IMG/VR virus record: IMGVR_UViG_3300037067_001693
DNA from: an uncultured virus (IMG/VR IMGVR_UViG_3300037067_001693)
Lineage: Duplodnaviria; Heunggongvirae; Uroviricota; Caudoviricetes
Length of the DNA stretch: 58,711 nt
Reading direction: 5' to 3' (one strand)
Every line of letters starts with the position of its first letter. Position 1 is the stretch's first letter. Under the pieces are notes generated by a model. That model worked only from the letters and a program-made list of their open reading frames with translations, did not search any database and was not told where the DNA came from. Shown one piece after another: positions 11,142 through 20,553 of the stretch. The translations under genes were made by a program, and so were the position numbers.

Positions 11142-12524
11142 ATGGGAACTAAAGTAATGGGCGGTAGTAGTGATTTTATAGGCGGTAATTTCATTACCAA
11201 TTCTCGTCTTGGTGTATTTTCCGGTTCTACCAATGAAAACGTAGGCGCAGACCTTATAGCCAACGGAACATTCTCAACTGACACGGCAAACTGGACCGCC
11301 GTAGATTGTACTATCGCTGCTATTGATGGCGGTGATGCTGGTAAGTGTCTTGAGATAACCATGACAGGCGGTTCTCTTCAATACGCCAAGCAGGCACTTA
11401 CCGTTGTTGCGGGGCATACCTATCGAGTCGCGGTAAAACGCAAATCTGGAACCAGTGGGGCCGGTTTCGGAGGGCTGATGGTCTATGAAGGGGCTACTCA
11501 GATCGGTGTATCTTACGGGAACACTACGGATAGTTTTGCGGATTGCGAGTGCTACTTTAAACCTCTCACCACATCCGTTGATGTCTGGATTGTTAAGAAC
11601 AACGCCACCGCAGGAACAATGTTGTTTGACACTTGTATCTGTTTCGAGAAAACTCCAGCTTATATTGCAGCAGATGTTCAGGCTATGGAAGATTGGACTA
11701 AATATTCAGGAGCCAACTTGTACAGAGAATCGGTAGGCGCGAATACTCTCGGAGGCACGTTCTATTCTATCAAAGGCTCTCCTACAGCAGCAGGGAGGAT
11801 TTACTGGAATGGTGGAGGCTTGCAGGCAGATCCTAATTTTGTTGCCCGGTTTGCAGGAAAGACAATTACAATAGGATGCTATCTTAAAACCTCTACAGCA
11901 AATCATCTTGCCCTTACTATCAATGATGGAAGCGACCGAGATTCTGCTTGGATTCATCCGGGAGACGGAACCTTCTGGTGGGCGGAGATGCCATACACTT
12001 TTGCATCTGATATTACCTACGTTAAGCCTTTCGGGATTAAGGTCATTCAGACATCAGGCGATTGGTATATGACTCAGCCTATGGGAGTATTTGGAAAGAC
12101 TATCGGTATAGGAAACTTCCAACCCATCCCCGGTGAAACCATCTATTTCTCGGCTCACCAGAACGCCAAGACTCATGCTGGTGCAGGGGTTTATAGTGAT
12201 TTGGACTTCACGGATATCTCGGTTGAAGTCGATTCGTATCTTGTCATTCCCAAAGGTGTCAAGAGAGTATATTTTAGGGGTTCGTGCATGGACTCTGGAT
12301 CTGCTGCTGGCGCTTCCTATATGTCCTTTAGGAAGAACGGAGACAGCGGAAACAACGTAGATGCTACTATAAGCTGCGGTGGTCTTGCTAATTCACTTTA
12401 TGCTTACTCGGCTCCCATGTGGGTAACTGTAGATGCAAACGGGATTTATGAATACAAGATTGAGGCTACAGGAGCGGGAACCTTAACCACAGGCACGATG
12501 TACTACATGGGAGTGATGTACTAA
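11142..12524 (+). CDS. tail/receptor-binding protein with carbohydrate-binding-like domain
   Basis: DLIANGTFSTDTANW...LTVVAGHTYRV...FDTC CBM-like pattern. Confidence 0.55.
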   Translation: MGTKVMGGSSDFIGGNFITNSRLGVFSGSTNENVGADLIANGTFSTDTANWTAVDCTIAAIDGGDAGKCLEITMTGGSLQYAKQALTVVAGHTYRVAVKRKSGTSGAGFGGLMVYEGATQIGVSYGNTTDSFADCECYFKPLTTSVDVWIVKNNATAGTMLFDTCICFEKTPAYIAADVQAMEDWTKYSGANLYRESVGANTLGGTFYSIKGSPTAAGRIYWNGGGLQADPNFVARFAGKTITIGCYLKTSTANHLALTINDGSDRDSAWIHPGDGTFWWAEMPYTFASDITYVKPFGIKVIQTSGDWYMTQPMGVFGKTIGIGNFQPIPGETIYFSAHQNAKTHAGAGVYSDLDFTDISVEVDSYLVIPKGVKRVYFRGSCMDSGSAAGASYMSFRKNGDSGNNVDATISCGGLANSLYAYSAPMWVTVDANGIYEYKIEATGAGTLTTGTMYYMGVMY

Positions 12525-12528
12525 TAAT

Positions 12529-13176
12529 ATGGCAACCGGAACTCTTATACATGGTTTCCAGAATAGCGGGCAGTCTTTGTCGGATATTACCCTGACTGGT
12601 CCTACTCCCATATCTTTCTCTGGGTCTGGTCTGCGTAAACTTCAATTACGTCCCAATCTCATCCAGAAAGCCAGTAAGTTTCTTGGAAAACCTACGGAAG
12701 TGTATCGTGGAGTCAATGTTGGCTACTCGATGCCTATTTATAATAGCGATGATGAAGAACTGTTTTTCCGATGTAGGATTCCTTTTCGATGGGATGGTAC
12801 TACAGATCCTCAGTTCGGAATGTGCGTATCTCTATCAGCAGGTGAAACCGTAGGTGATTACTTCAAGTTTCAACTTGGATGGCAAGTTTCCGCAAAAGGA
12901 AATGTAATATCTGAAACAGTTTCTACGTCAGTATCTGAGCAGATAGTAATTACAGGAAGAAACGATGCATATGATACGTACTTTATTTTCTTTAACTTCG
13001 ATGCAAATGATGTGAGTAATCCATTAGAGGCCGGAAATATGTTACAGGCACGGATCAGGAGAATTGACGCTACCGATCCCGATGTGTCTAATGAGATAAT
13101 CATCTGGGACTGGGCCGCTATATGGGCCGTTGATAAAGCATACTCAGCATGGGCAGTAAGCGTTAATGATACGTAG
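12529..13176 (+). CDS. putative virion protein
   Basis: 215 aa beta-rich ORF in the tail block. Confidence 0.45.
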   Translation: MATGTLIHGFQNSGQSLSDITLTGPTPISFSGSGLRKLQLRPNLIQKASKFLGKPTEVYRGVNVGYSMPIYNSDDEELFFRCRIPFRWDGTTDPQFGMCVSLSAGETVGDYFKFQLGWQVSAKGNVISETVSTSVSEQIVITGRNDAYDTYFIFFNFDANDVSNPLEAGNMLQARIRRIDATDPDVSNEIIIWDWAAIWAVDKAYSAWAVSVNDT

Positions 13177-13600
13177 CGATATACTTAAATGGCTTCTTGT
13201 TTTTCTATGTGTGGTGACTATGGGACTACTTGACGATATATTTGGCAAAGATATAAAAACTCAGGTTGCTGTTCCTAATATGGTAGGAACAGTAGGATGT
13301 GTAACTAAGTCCTTATATGATGCTATGATGTGGAAAAAGAAATATGGGGATGATGTGCAAATAGCTATATCGAAGATAGATGCTGTAAAGGATGTAGATC
13401 ATGCACAGGCTATTGCTACAGTAAAAGGTAAGTACACCCCACTCACATCTCATGAATATGACGGAGTTGTAAGACCTTGGACTATGCATTTTCCAGAAGC
13501 TAAACCATATAGACATGTGACTGTCGATCAATTTCTAGTTGAACAGAAAGATAACCTAGATCCAGATACACTAATATACTTAAATAGAATAAGAAAGTAA
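13166..13600 (+). CDS. hypothetical protein with N-terminal hydrophobic/signal segment
   Basis: ILKWLLVFLCVVTMG N-terminus; overlaps the previous stop. Confidence 0.5.
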   Translation: MIRSDILKWLLVFLCVVTMGLLDDIFGKDIKTQVAVPNMVGTVGCVTKSLYDAMMWKKKYGDDVQIAISKIDAVKDVDHAQAIATVKGKYTPLTSHEYDGVVRPWTMHFPEAKPYRHVTVDQFLVEQKDNLDPDTLIYLNRIRK

Positions 13601-13634
13601 TACAATTCCACCAATAAATCTGAGGAGTCGGCAC

Positions 13635-14063
13635 ATGGTTAGAAAAGAAGGATCAGTAGTAGTTGGTGTTCTTACATTTGGTTTCCTGGCTATAATGGTC
13701 GGAGCAACGGTGTCTACCCCCGTTGTCGTGCAGGAACCATTGATTACCTGGAATTTATTTCTCACGGCTATTATAGTACCAATCGGTCTATTCATCCTGT
13801 TTTTTGCCATCAAGAGGCTATTCTCAGCACGGGACAAGAAGGATGACGAGATTAAAACCCTCCTCGATCAGAGAGATCTGGAGCGGCAAGTCGCCATTAA
13901 GGAGAGATATCAATCCTTCTCCGAGACACTGTGCAGGATTAAGGAGAGGGTAGAAGAGATAGCCGAAGCACAGACTGATCGGGTCACATGGAACCACTGT
14001 AATGATGTTCATAAAGAGATAAGGGAAGAGTTTCGTGCTATTCGAAATGGAGGATCACACTAA
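13635..14063 (+). CDS. membrane protein, possible holin/antiholin
   Basis: Two TM segments then a coiled coil; directly upstream of the endolysin. Confidence 0.5.
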   Translation: MVRKEGSVVVGVLTFGFLAIMVGATVSTPVVVQEPLITWNLFLTAIIVPIGLFILFFAIKRLFSARDKKDDEIKTLLDQRDLERQVAIKERYQSFSETLCRIKERVEEIAEAQTDRVTWNHCNDVHKEIREEFRAIRNGGSH

Positions 14064-14506
14064 TGTCTCTCAAGGAAATGCTTACTATTCATGAGGGGCT
14101 GAAACTGAAACCTTATAAGTGCCCATCTGGGTTCAATACAATAGGAGTAGGACACAATTATGATGCAAACCCACTACCTAAAGATATACGAGAATACCTT
14201 GAGGAACACGGAAAGATCACGCCAGAGATGGTTGACAGACTTTTGGATTCCGACATTGCTGTGGCCTTGGGATCTTGCAAACGATTGTATCCTAGCTTTG
14301 ATGGATTTTCTGAACAAAGACAGAACGCACTTATTGACTGGATCTTTAATATTGGAGAAGGGACAGCCCAAAAGTTTCAAGTTACCAATCGGGCTATCAA
14401 CGAAGGTAGGTGGGTCGATGCTGCAAAAGGAATGACGAATAGTCGATGGTACAAACAAGTAGGCAAGCGAGGTGCGGAAATCGTACTGATGATTAAGGAG
14501 GGTTAA
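14063..14506 (+). CDS. endolysin, GH24 (T4-like) lysozyme
   Basis: HEGLKLKPYKCPSGFNTIGVGHN catalytic-region motif; SRWYKQVGKR C-terminal motif. Confidence 0.9.
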   Translation: MSLKEMLTIHEGLKLKPYKCPSGFNTIGVGHNYDANPLPKDIREYLEEHGKITPEMVDRLLDSDIAVALGSCKRLYPSFDGFSEQRQNALIDWIFNIGEGTAQKFQVTNRAINEGRWVDAAKGMTNSRWYKQVGKRGAEIVLMIKEG

Positions 14507-15061
14507 ATGGCTGAGGAACGAAATGTATTTCAAAAGATAGGCGATGCAGTTGTTGACTTTGCCCCTGGTATAGCTACAGTGTTGGCAGCCACAGGTATAG
14601 GAGCACCTATAGCAGCGGCAGTAGGGGCTGTTGGCGCTTTAGGTAAAGCCTTCGGCCTTGGTTCTAATGCAAAACCGGAAGAGGTCTTGGCTGTTATATC
14701 CGCAGACCCGGAAATCAGACTAAAAGCTATGATAGCTGAAAACGATTTCAAGGTGAAAATGCGTGAACAGGACATAGAAGAACTTACCGTTCAGCTGCAG
14801 GATATTCAAAGCGCAAGGGAACGAGAAAAATCTGTTAAGGACAACGTAAATCAGATTCTTGCTTACTCAATAGTGGGAGGGTTCCTTGCAATGGTAGGGG
14901 CTACTCTACTTGGTTATGCTAAGGTGGATAGTGTTCTTGCTGGAACCCTTGTTGGTTATCTTAGTGCGAAATGCGAACAGGTATTAGCCTATTATTTTGG
15001 AAGCAGTAAGGGAAGTCAGACTAAGACAGATTTACTTGCAAAGGCAGAGCCGATTAAGTAA
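14507..15061 (+). CDS. putative holin
   Basis: DIQSARERE, TM helices and YYFGSSKGS motif typical of phage holin-like proteins after lysozymes. Confidence 0.7.
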   Translation: MAEERNVFQKIGDAVVDFAPGIATVLAATGIGAPIAAAVGAVGALGKAFGLGSNAKPEEVLAVISADPEIRLKAMIAENDFKVKMREQDIEELTVQLQDIQSAREREKSVKDNVNQILAYSIVGGFLAMVGATLLGYAKVDSVLAGTLVGYLSAKCEQVLAYYFGSSKGSQTKTDLLAKAEPIK

Positions 15062-15659
15062 TTTCATTTAATTGGAAACATTTCGGATGCCACTTTGACC
15101 ACTCCCATACGGCCTGTAAGAGTTTGCTGGGAGTGGTGATGTAGTTTTCTAAGAATATTACACAGTATCCTTGGCAGGCAAGTTCTGAAATATATCCAGG
15201 CGCAACAAATTGCCCAATTAGTGTCATGACAAGTTGCATACCATCTTCGGTACGTAGTATCTTCTCCAGCAGTCTGATTATTCCTGCACCTTGAGAAAAG
15301 TCAGGATTAATTGGCTTAGGTACTTCATTTTCGTAAGAAGCGCCGCATTTGCAGTAAAATACTTTTGCTCCTCGGTCTTTCCAGTATCTATCAACATGCC
15401 ACTCATGCCAGCAAATCCCAAGCCACTCCGCTACCTCCCTGTTCATCTGTTCGGTGGTAACAATTCGTAGCCTTTTCATTTCGTCATCTGACAGGTCTGA
15501 TATTCTTATTTTGCTGTTCGTCTGCTCTACTGTTGGCATACGCGTACCTCTTATCCTTCCACATCCCTCGCAAGGGTGAGATATATGGTTCAGACACCCT
15601 TTATGCGCGCAAGGTTCTCCGTCTTTAAGGGGCTGCTCTACTGTTGGGTTAGTGGTCAT
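15054..15659 (-). CDS. hypothetical protein with Cys/His micro-domain
   Basis: DGEPCAHKGCLNHISHPCEGCGR motif; GICWHEW...CKCG. Confidence 0.6.
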   Translation of the reverse strand: MTTNPTVEQPLKDGEPCAHKGCLNHISHPCEGCGRIRGTRMPTVEQTNSKIRISDLSDDEMKRLRIVTTEQMNREVAEWLGICWHEWHVDRYWKDRGAKVFYCKCGASYENEVPKPINPDFSQGAGIIRLLEKILRTEDGMQLVMTLIGQFVAPGYISELACQGYCVIFLENYITTPSKLLQAVWEWSKWHPKCFQLNEIT

Positions 15660-15883
15660 GTTTCCGCAACCTCCTTTTTGAAAAATTCTTTTATTCCAGA
15701 TAGTACTTTTTTGTCATTAGCTTCCATATTTACAGTGTCCAAATCGGGCCATGACAATCCGGTTTCCTCTATTAACTGCTCTGCCGCTCCCGTATTGTAT
15801 CCTTCTACTAAGATAACCGCAGATAACAGTATTCCAGACGTAAGCCCATTCCTGAAATCCACAGAATCACTATTTTTAATCAT
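15656..15883 (-). CDS. hypothetical protein
   Basis: Likely start MIKNSD after GGAGGG RBS within ORF 15656..15970. Confidence 0.5.
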   Translation of the reverse strand: MIKNSDSVDFRNGLTSGILLSAVILVEGYNTGAAEQLIEETGLSWPDLDTVNMEANDKKVLSGIKEFFKKEVAET

Positions 15884-15884
15884 A

Positions 15885-16190
15885 TCACTTCCCCTCCTTC
15901 TGTTCCAGATACTCCGCCACCAGACCACAGGATTCGAGGCGGAAGAGCCAGCTGGAATATGTTGCATCATATTCGGGAGCGAGTACCATCATAGAAGGCT
16001 CAAACACCCTATACGCATACTCGAAGAAATCCTCCCACTCCCCATTCTCGACCAACTTATCTTTCAGAGCCGCAAAGATAAGAATATTTTGCTCTTCAGG
16101 GTAAAGTCTGTATTCTTCGGCCAGTATGAGTTCTACTTGAGGGCAGTATTCAGTCAACCGCTTTCTCTGATCGTCGGTTGGTGGTTTCAT
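15885..16190 (-). CDS. hypothetical protein
   Basis: 101 aa, AGGAG RBS, tight packing. Confidence 0.55.
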   Translation of the reverse strand: MKPPTDDQRKRLTEYCPQVELILAEEYRLYPEEQNILIFAALKDKLVENGEWEDFFEYAYRVFEPSMMVLAPEYDATYSSWLFRLESCGLVAEYLEQKEGK

Positions 16191-16394
16191 AATCTAGTCT
16201 CCTTTAACACTATGTAAATTATAACAACTACAGCAACTATGTTCATAACAACTATAATGGTTCCGGCAGTCAGTTCGTTCATAAATACCCCTTGACTTTC
16301 AATACTATAAATATCGAAATGATGGAGCCAATTAAAGCTCCGAGAATAACAGCCCCAATTGCTCCGCTATTTGTGCTCCAAAACTTATACCATC

Positions 16395-16766
16395 TCATAT
16401 CTCCACCTCCCACTGTGCACACAAGGCCCGAAGGATCGCCTCGGTGGGGGTTGCACCTTCAAATATCTTACAATCTATTGTGCATGTACATATATTTCCA
16501 TCTTCAAAACGTGATTCACTTAAAACGTAATCATCTTCTAACATACCGACCAGACTCCTCTTCTGAGCCTCCGGGTTGGAGTCGTCTATGGTGCGGGGAA
16601 GCCAGATAGCCTCGCCACACGCATGGGAGTGAAAGTGGCGTGTCCCTACGAGCAATATTTCTTTGCTGTGTAGAAATGTATAACGGTCTCCAGCTCTCCA
16701 CTCCCCCATCCTCTCCCGAAAGAAAGGTTGCAGAGCTATGTAGTATTTCAGTAATTCAGGGTTCAT
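16395..16766 (-). CDS. hypothetical protein
   Basis: 123 aa, AAGGAGG RBS, ATPTEAILRAL C-terminal motif. Confidence 0.55.
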   Translation of the reverse strand: MNPELLKYYIALQPFFRERMGEWRAGDRYTFLHSKEILLVGTRHFHSHACGEAIWLPRTIDDSNPEAQKRSLVGMLEDDYVLSESRFEDGNICTCTIDCKIFEGATPTEAILRALCAQWEVEI

Positions 16767-16890
16767 ATGTCCTCCTTATTGCCGCAGGTCTTACAAGTAA
16801 GCCTTATGCCACCATCGCCACCTTTGTACCATTCACTCAGCACAACGTTTTCACTCCCGCATTGGCAGATGATTTCAAAGTCTTTTGTTT

Positions 16891-17283
16891 TCATCCCTTC
16901 TCTCCTTTCCTCTCCTCCAACCAGATGCGAAGATAAATCAGGGCATCGGTGGTTAAATCTGCCAAGTCTTTTAGAATATATTCCACATGAACAGGTTGTC
17001 CCAACTTCATTAACTGCAAGGACGTAAAGTGCTTCATCATCGCATCATCGAAAAGATCGTTGCTTTTCAAATGATCTAACACCTCAGCCATTGAAGGGGC
17101 GGGAATACCTGTCCATCTACAATCCCCTGTTTCACGTAAAGCGTATTTCATGTCACCACTAAAGAAATACCACGTTTTCTCCGTCTCCATCACGATCCCC
17201 GCTTTCACAAGTGCTTGGCAGGGTTCAAGGGTGCCGTAGTTATCAGGATTCATTGATACCCTCCTTCTGTAATTTACTTCCAC
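16891..17283 (-). CDS. hypothetical protein
   Basis: CQALVKAGI...IPAPSMAEVL; real start may be the internal MNPDNY. Confidence 0.5.
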   Translation of the reverse strand: MEVNYRRRVSMNPDNYGTLEPCQALVKAGIVMETEKTWYFFSGDMKYALRETGDCRWTGIPAPSMAEVLDHLKSNDLFDDAMMKHFTSLQLMKLGQPVHVEYILKDLADLTTDALIYLRIWLEERKGEKG

Positions 17284-17381
17284 AATAAGGACAGAAATTC
17301 AACAGCGGAGAATCACCATTACATAAATGATATCCTTCTTTCCAGGCAGAGCAGAAACACCAATCCTCTTTTTTATTCATC

Positions 17382-18092
17382 TTATTCCTTCTTCTGCCCA
17401 AGTGCTTCACGGGCGATTTCCTGCATAACATCGCAAGAATCTAACTCATTGGTATCAGAACAGTAGATTCCGTGCGTTGCTATCTTCTCCAACGCTCCCC
17501 GAAGGCGTATAGCCTCATCTTTCCAGCTTTCAAGACCATCAGCTTCGTGCCTTGCCGTTGCTTTCCATGTTTCTACATTTTCCCGAAGACGCTGGTTCTC
17601 GGCTAACAACTGCTCGCACATAGCAACCGTTTCTGAGCGGCGTTCTTCTAACTCCAGCACTCGCTCTTTAAGATGTTTGTTCTCGGTTTCATACTCGATC
17701 CACTTAGTTTCTGCTTCTATCTTGGCGTTGGTCAGGGCGTCCATGTAGGAAACTTCGGCTTCCAGTTTAATAACTCTGGTAAGCGTCGCATCATACAAAG
17801 TTTTATATTTACATACCTCTCCTCCATTGCTTATATCCTCTGCTTCCAGTTTCCGAATTTTCTCCTTGAAGGCGTTGCATTCCTTTGTAATCGCAGCCTC
17901 AAGCACGTTGCATTTATGGAGTTCCTCCTCCATATCTGCTATTGTCTGTTTGAGGGCGTCGATCTCTACATCCTTCCTTCTCAACTCATCTGCAGTACTT
18001 CTGAGGTCGTTTTGCACCTCCGGGTCTAGATCGTTGGGATATTTACTGTCTATCCATGCCGCTACTGTTTCGAGCTTACACGCTGTGTTCAT
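17382..18092 (-). CDS. coiled-coil hypothetical protein
   Basis: 236 aa, heptad-rich; LEKIA...IAREAL end. Confidence 0.55.
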   Translation of the reverse strand: MNTACKLETVAAWIDSKYPNDLDPEVQNDLRSTADELRRKDVEIDALKQTIADMEEELHKCNVLEAAITKECNAFKEKIRKLEAEDISNGGEVCKYKTLYDATLTRVIKLEAEVSYMDALTNAKIEAETKWIEYETENKHLKERVLELEERRSETVAMCEQLLAENQRLRENVETWKATARHEADGLESWKDEAIRLRGALEKIATHGIYCSDTNELDSCDVMQEIAREALGQKKE

Positions 18093-18195
18093 TTCCTTCC
18101 TCCTTATTAAATCCTCTGCTCGTATGCACTCACCGCAGTAGACTGATACGAGTGGCTATCTTGAATTCTCGAAGCTACTAATTACCACTATCATA

Positions 18196-18471
18196 CTACA
18201 CATTAAGAGCAGAGGAGTTTAATTCTTCTTCTTTGTGTCTTATAGCCATTGTTGCTAATGACTGATACATCGAACAACAAATAGGTATAATGCCTTCTGT
18301 TGCTGACATCTGAGCAAACCATAACTGATACCCTTTTTCATCAAACTCAAAAGATACCTCATAGATGTCATCATATATCTTTCTTGCCCACATCACAGTG
18401 GCAAGTCTACCTTCTATCGCCATGCGTATCTTTGGTTTTTGGTCTCTTAAAATAATAACAGGATTTATCAT
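18196..18471 (-). CDS. hypothetical protein
   Basis: 91 aa, overlaps the upstream gene's stop (ATGA). Confidence 0.5.
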   Translation of the reverse strand: MINPVIILRDQKPKIRMAIEGRLATVMWARKIYDDIYEVSFEFDEKGYQLWFAQMSATEGIIPICCSMYQSLATMAIRHKEEELNSSALNV

Positions 18472-19712
18472 CCGTGACCCCCAGTATCGTCCAAATATTG
18501 ACCGGATCTTAATGTTGCATCCCAGTGATACCAGATACCAGACTCACCACGAGGTCCTTTAAATGCTCGTCTTACCTTACCAGCACGAACTGCAGTTTCT
18601 ATTACGTTATTAAACTTATTGTTGTCAATGTCTCTCCATACTAACGATAATAGACTTTTCTCATCAATAGTCTTTCTTGCTCTTATTATTTGCAAAACTG
18701 AATCAGTCTCACTAGTAACAACTGATTTTCCTATTGCTTTAAAAGCGTTTCCCATTTGTATTTCAGCTTCTTCAATGTCATCAATAGCACTTTGTAAATG
18801 TTTCCACTCTACTGCTAAACTATCAGATGTAGATGCGGCTATTAGCATAGACAACTTTAATACATACATAGGTTTTCTTGAGTACCACCCATTAAAAGAA
18901 GGATCTTTACATACTCTATCTGGGTTTGTTTCTTCATATTCATTATACCAGTCATCCCACTTTTTGATGCAATCAGGAGACATTGTATACTGTCCTGATA
19001 TTCTACTGATAACAAACAGATCCTTTATTAACTTGTCCTTAAGTATTTTTTCTTCCTCTGTCTCAATCGGTCTTGGTACTTTTTTCTTTTTCCTGTCTGC
19101 CCAAATAAACATTATTCTTGAAGTTAAGCCACCTCCAACAGCTGTCGGGGGTAGAGAGCTGGCAAGGGAGTCCGGTGTTGTTGCCGCTAATAAATTGATA
19201 AATACAGATGGAACAATATTGGAGCCTGAATTTTTCGTGCGATATTTCCATGGAAGCTCCTGGCAATCAAAAAGATCTGTTAGAAGAACTAACATCTTTG
19301 TGTTTTCCTTCTTCTGCCCAAGAAAAGACTCAAATTCTTTTGAGAAGATACATAAGGAGCTATGCTTAAACGTAGAACCATCAGGCATTAATTCATCAGT
19401 AGCTCCTGATTCTAAGTCTTGAAGCATGGCTTCTTTTGTCGAAGCATCTGCACTTGTTACTATCTCAGGTATCTGCGCTAACATTTGCATTGCATAACTG
19501 ATTGCTTGGCTCTTTCTTGCTATTCCTGGTTCGGCTACAAACACAACGTAGATATTGGGAAAGATCTTAATCCTACCAAGGGACAGATGCGCTTTCTTCC
19601 TCAGGGCTGAGGCCAGTACTGAGTACGCTGCCCACTTGTCGAATATCCGAGCCGGTTCCGTGTTCGTCTGATATATCATATAGGCTTCTAGCCAGTTGTC
19701 CAAATGTCGCAT
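18468..19712 (-). CDS. DUF3987/YfjI-like P-loop protein (putative primase-associated helicase)
   Basis: NIYVVFVAEPGIARKS degenerate Walker A; LTDLFDC; LLAATTP; GGGLTSRIMF. Confidence 0.7.
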   Translation of the reverse strand: MRHLDNWLEAYMIYQTNTEPARIFDKWAAYSVLASALRKKAHLSLGRIKIFPNIYVVFVAEPGIARKSQAISYAMQMLAQIPEIVTSADASTKEAMLQDLESGATDELMPDGSTFKHSSLCIFSKEFESFLGQKKENTKMLVLLTDLFDCQELPWKYRTKNSGSNIVPSVFINLLAATTPDSLASSLPPTAVGGGLTSRIMFIWADRKKKKVPRPIETEEEKILKDKLIKDLFVISRISGQYTMSPDCIKKWDDWYNEYEETNPDRVCKDPSFNGWYSRKPMYVLKLSMLIAASTSDSLAVEWKHLQSAIDDIEEAEIQMGNAFKAIGKSVVTSETDSVLQIIRARKTIDEKSLLSLVWRDIDNNKFNNVIETAVRAGKVRRAFKGPRGESGIWYHWDATLRSGQYLDDTGGHG

Positions 19713-20046
19713 TACTTTCTCTCCCGATATGCTGGCCCTCTATGCTACGTAATTTCTTTATAGCGCAGTTAAGTTCACTTATTAAGTCATCGCAGTTAAA
19801 ATAAACGTCTCCACTAAAACCTGTTAATGCTTCGAAGTTTACTATAACAGGAATGATAAGCACGATGTAAGATCTTATTGTAACAAAACCCTTACCATTT
19901 ATATCTTGTCTTATATCTATCCTATTTGCGTTACTCACTACTGCATAGATAGAATTATAAGGAACTTCTATTGCAATCTTTTCTCGAATTTGTTGCATTA
20001 AGACTCGGCTCTTCTGATAACTTGTTGTTATATAGATGTAAGTCAT
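19573..20046 (-). CDS. hypothetical protein
   Basis: Likely start MTYIY after GAGGAG; 3' end overlaps the next gene. Confidence 0.4.
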   Translation of the reverse strand: MTYIYITTSYQKSRVLMQQIREKIAIEVPYNSIYAVVSNANRIDIRQDINGKGFVTIRSYIVLIIPVIVNFEALTGFSGDVYFNCDDLISELNCAIKKLRSIEGQHIGRESNATFGQLARSLYDISDEHGTGSDIRQVGSVLSTGLSPEEESASVPW

Positions 20047-20059
20047 AATTCTCTCCTCG

Positions 20060-20536
20060 TTATACATTATTGAGAAGTGCAAACTCACCAAACAGTTCGG
20101 TTGCTGCGTTATTGTAAGTAATAGCAGCTTCTATTTCAGTTAGAAAGTATCCTAAGTTGTAATGAATACCATCTTTTTTGATTTGCGCTTTGTATTTTTT
20201 CGGTGATCCTCTGTGTTTGTCGTAGCATACGCCTTTACTGTGATTTGTGGGTGATACCTTATTCATACTATTCTGACTTCTTGTACAGTTACGCATATTA
20301 CTTTTTTGGTTATCATAACCTTTACCGTTTTTATGGTCTACTTCCATTTCATCAGGAGTTCGCATTATTTCTCTGTGCATAGCCAGATGTTTTGTTTTAT
20401 TCCATCTATAAGCGTACCACGTATAATCAGTTTTGTTAACATACCAATTAAACTGATTCAAATACTCAAAATCCTCGTCATCAACAAGAACTACACGGTT
20501 TTTTATGTTTGTTGCTATTTCTTTCATATTACTCAC
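20060..20536 (-). CDS. HNH-AP2 homing endonuclease
   Basis: VDDEDFEYL, MHREIM, VDHKNG...DNQKSNMR HNH core, LGYFLTEIEAAITYN AP2 domain. Confidence 0.9.
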   Translation of the reverse strand: MSNMKEIATNIKNRVVLVDDEDFEYLNQFNWYVNKTDYTWYAYRWNKTKHLAMHREIMRTPDEMEVDHKNGKGYDNQKSNMRNCTRSQNSMNKVSPTNHSKGVCYDKHRGSPKKYKAQIKKDGIHYNLGYFLTEIEAAITYNNAATELFGEFALLNNV

Positions 20537-20553
20537 CTTGAAACTGTTAGTTA

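Noticed and set aside
7865..13176. Diversity-generating retroelement or invertible tail-fibre cassette
   Set aside because: No reverse transcriptase, TR/VR pair or invertase recognised in the window.
3499..19422. Long antisense ORFs such as 3499..4167, 15576..16217 and 18619..19422
   Set aside because: They are shadows of well-supported genes on the opposite strand, with no RBS or recognisable motifs.
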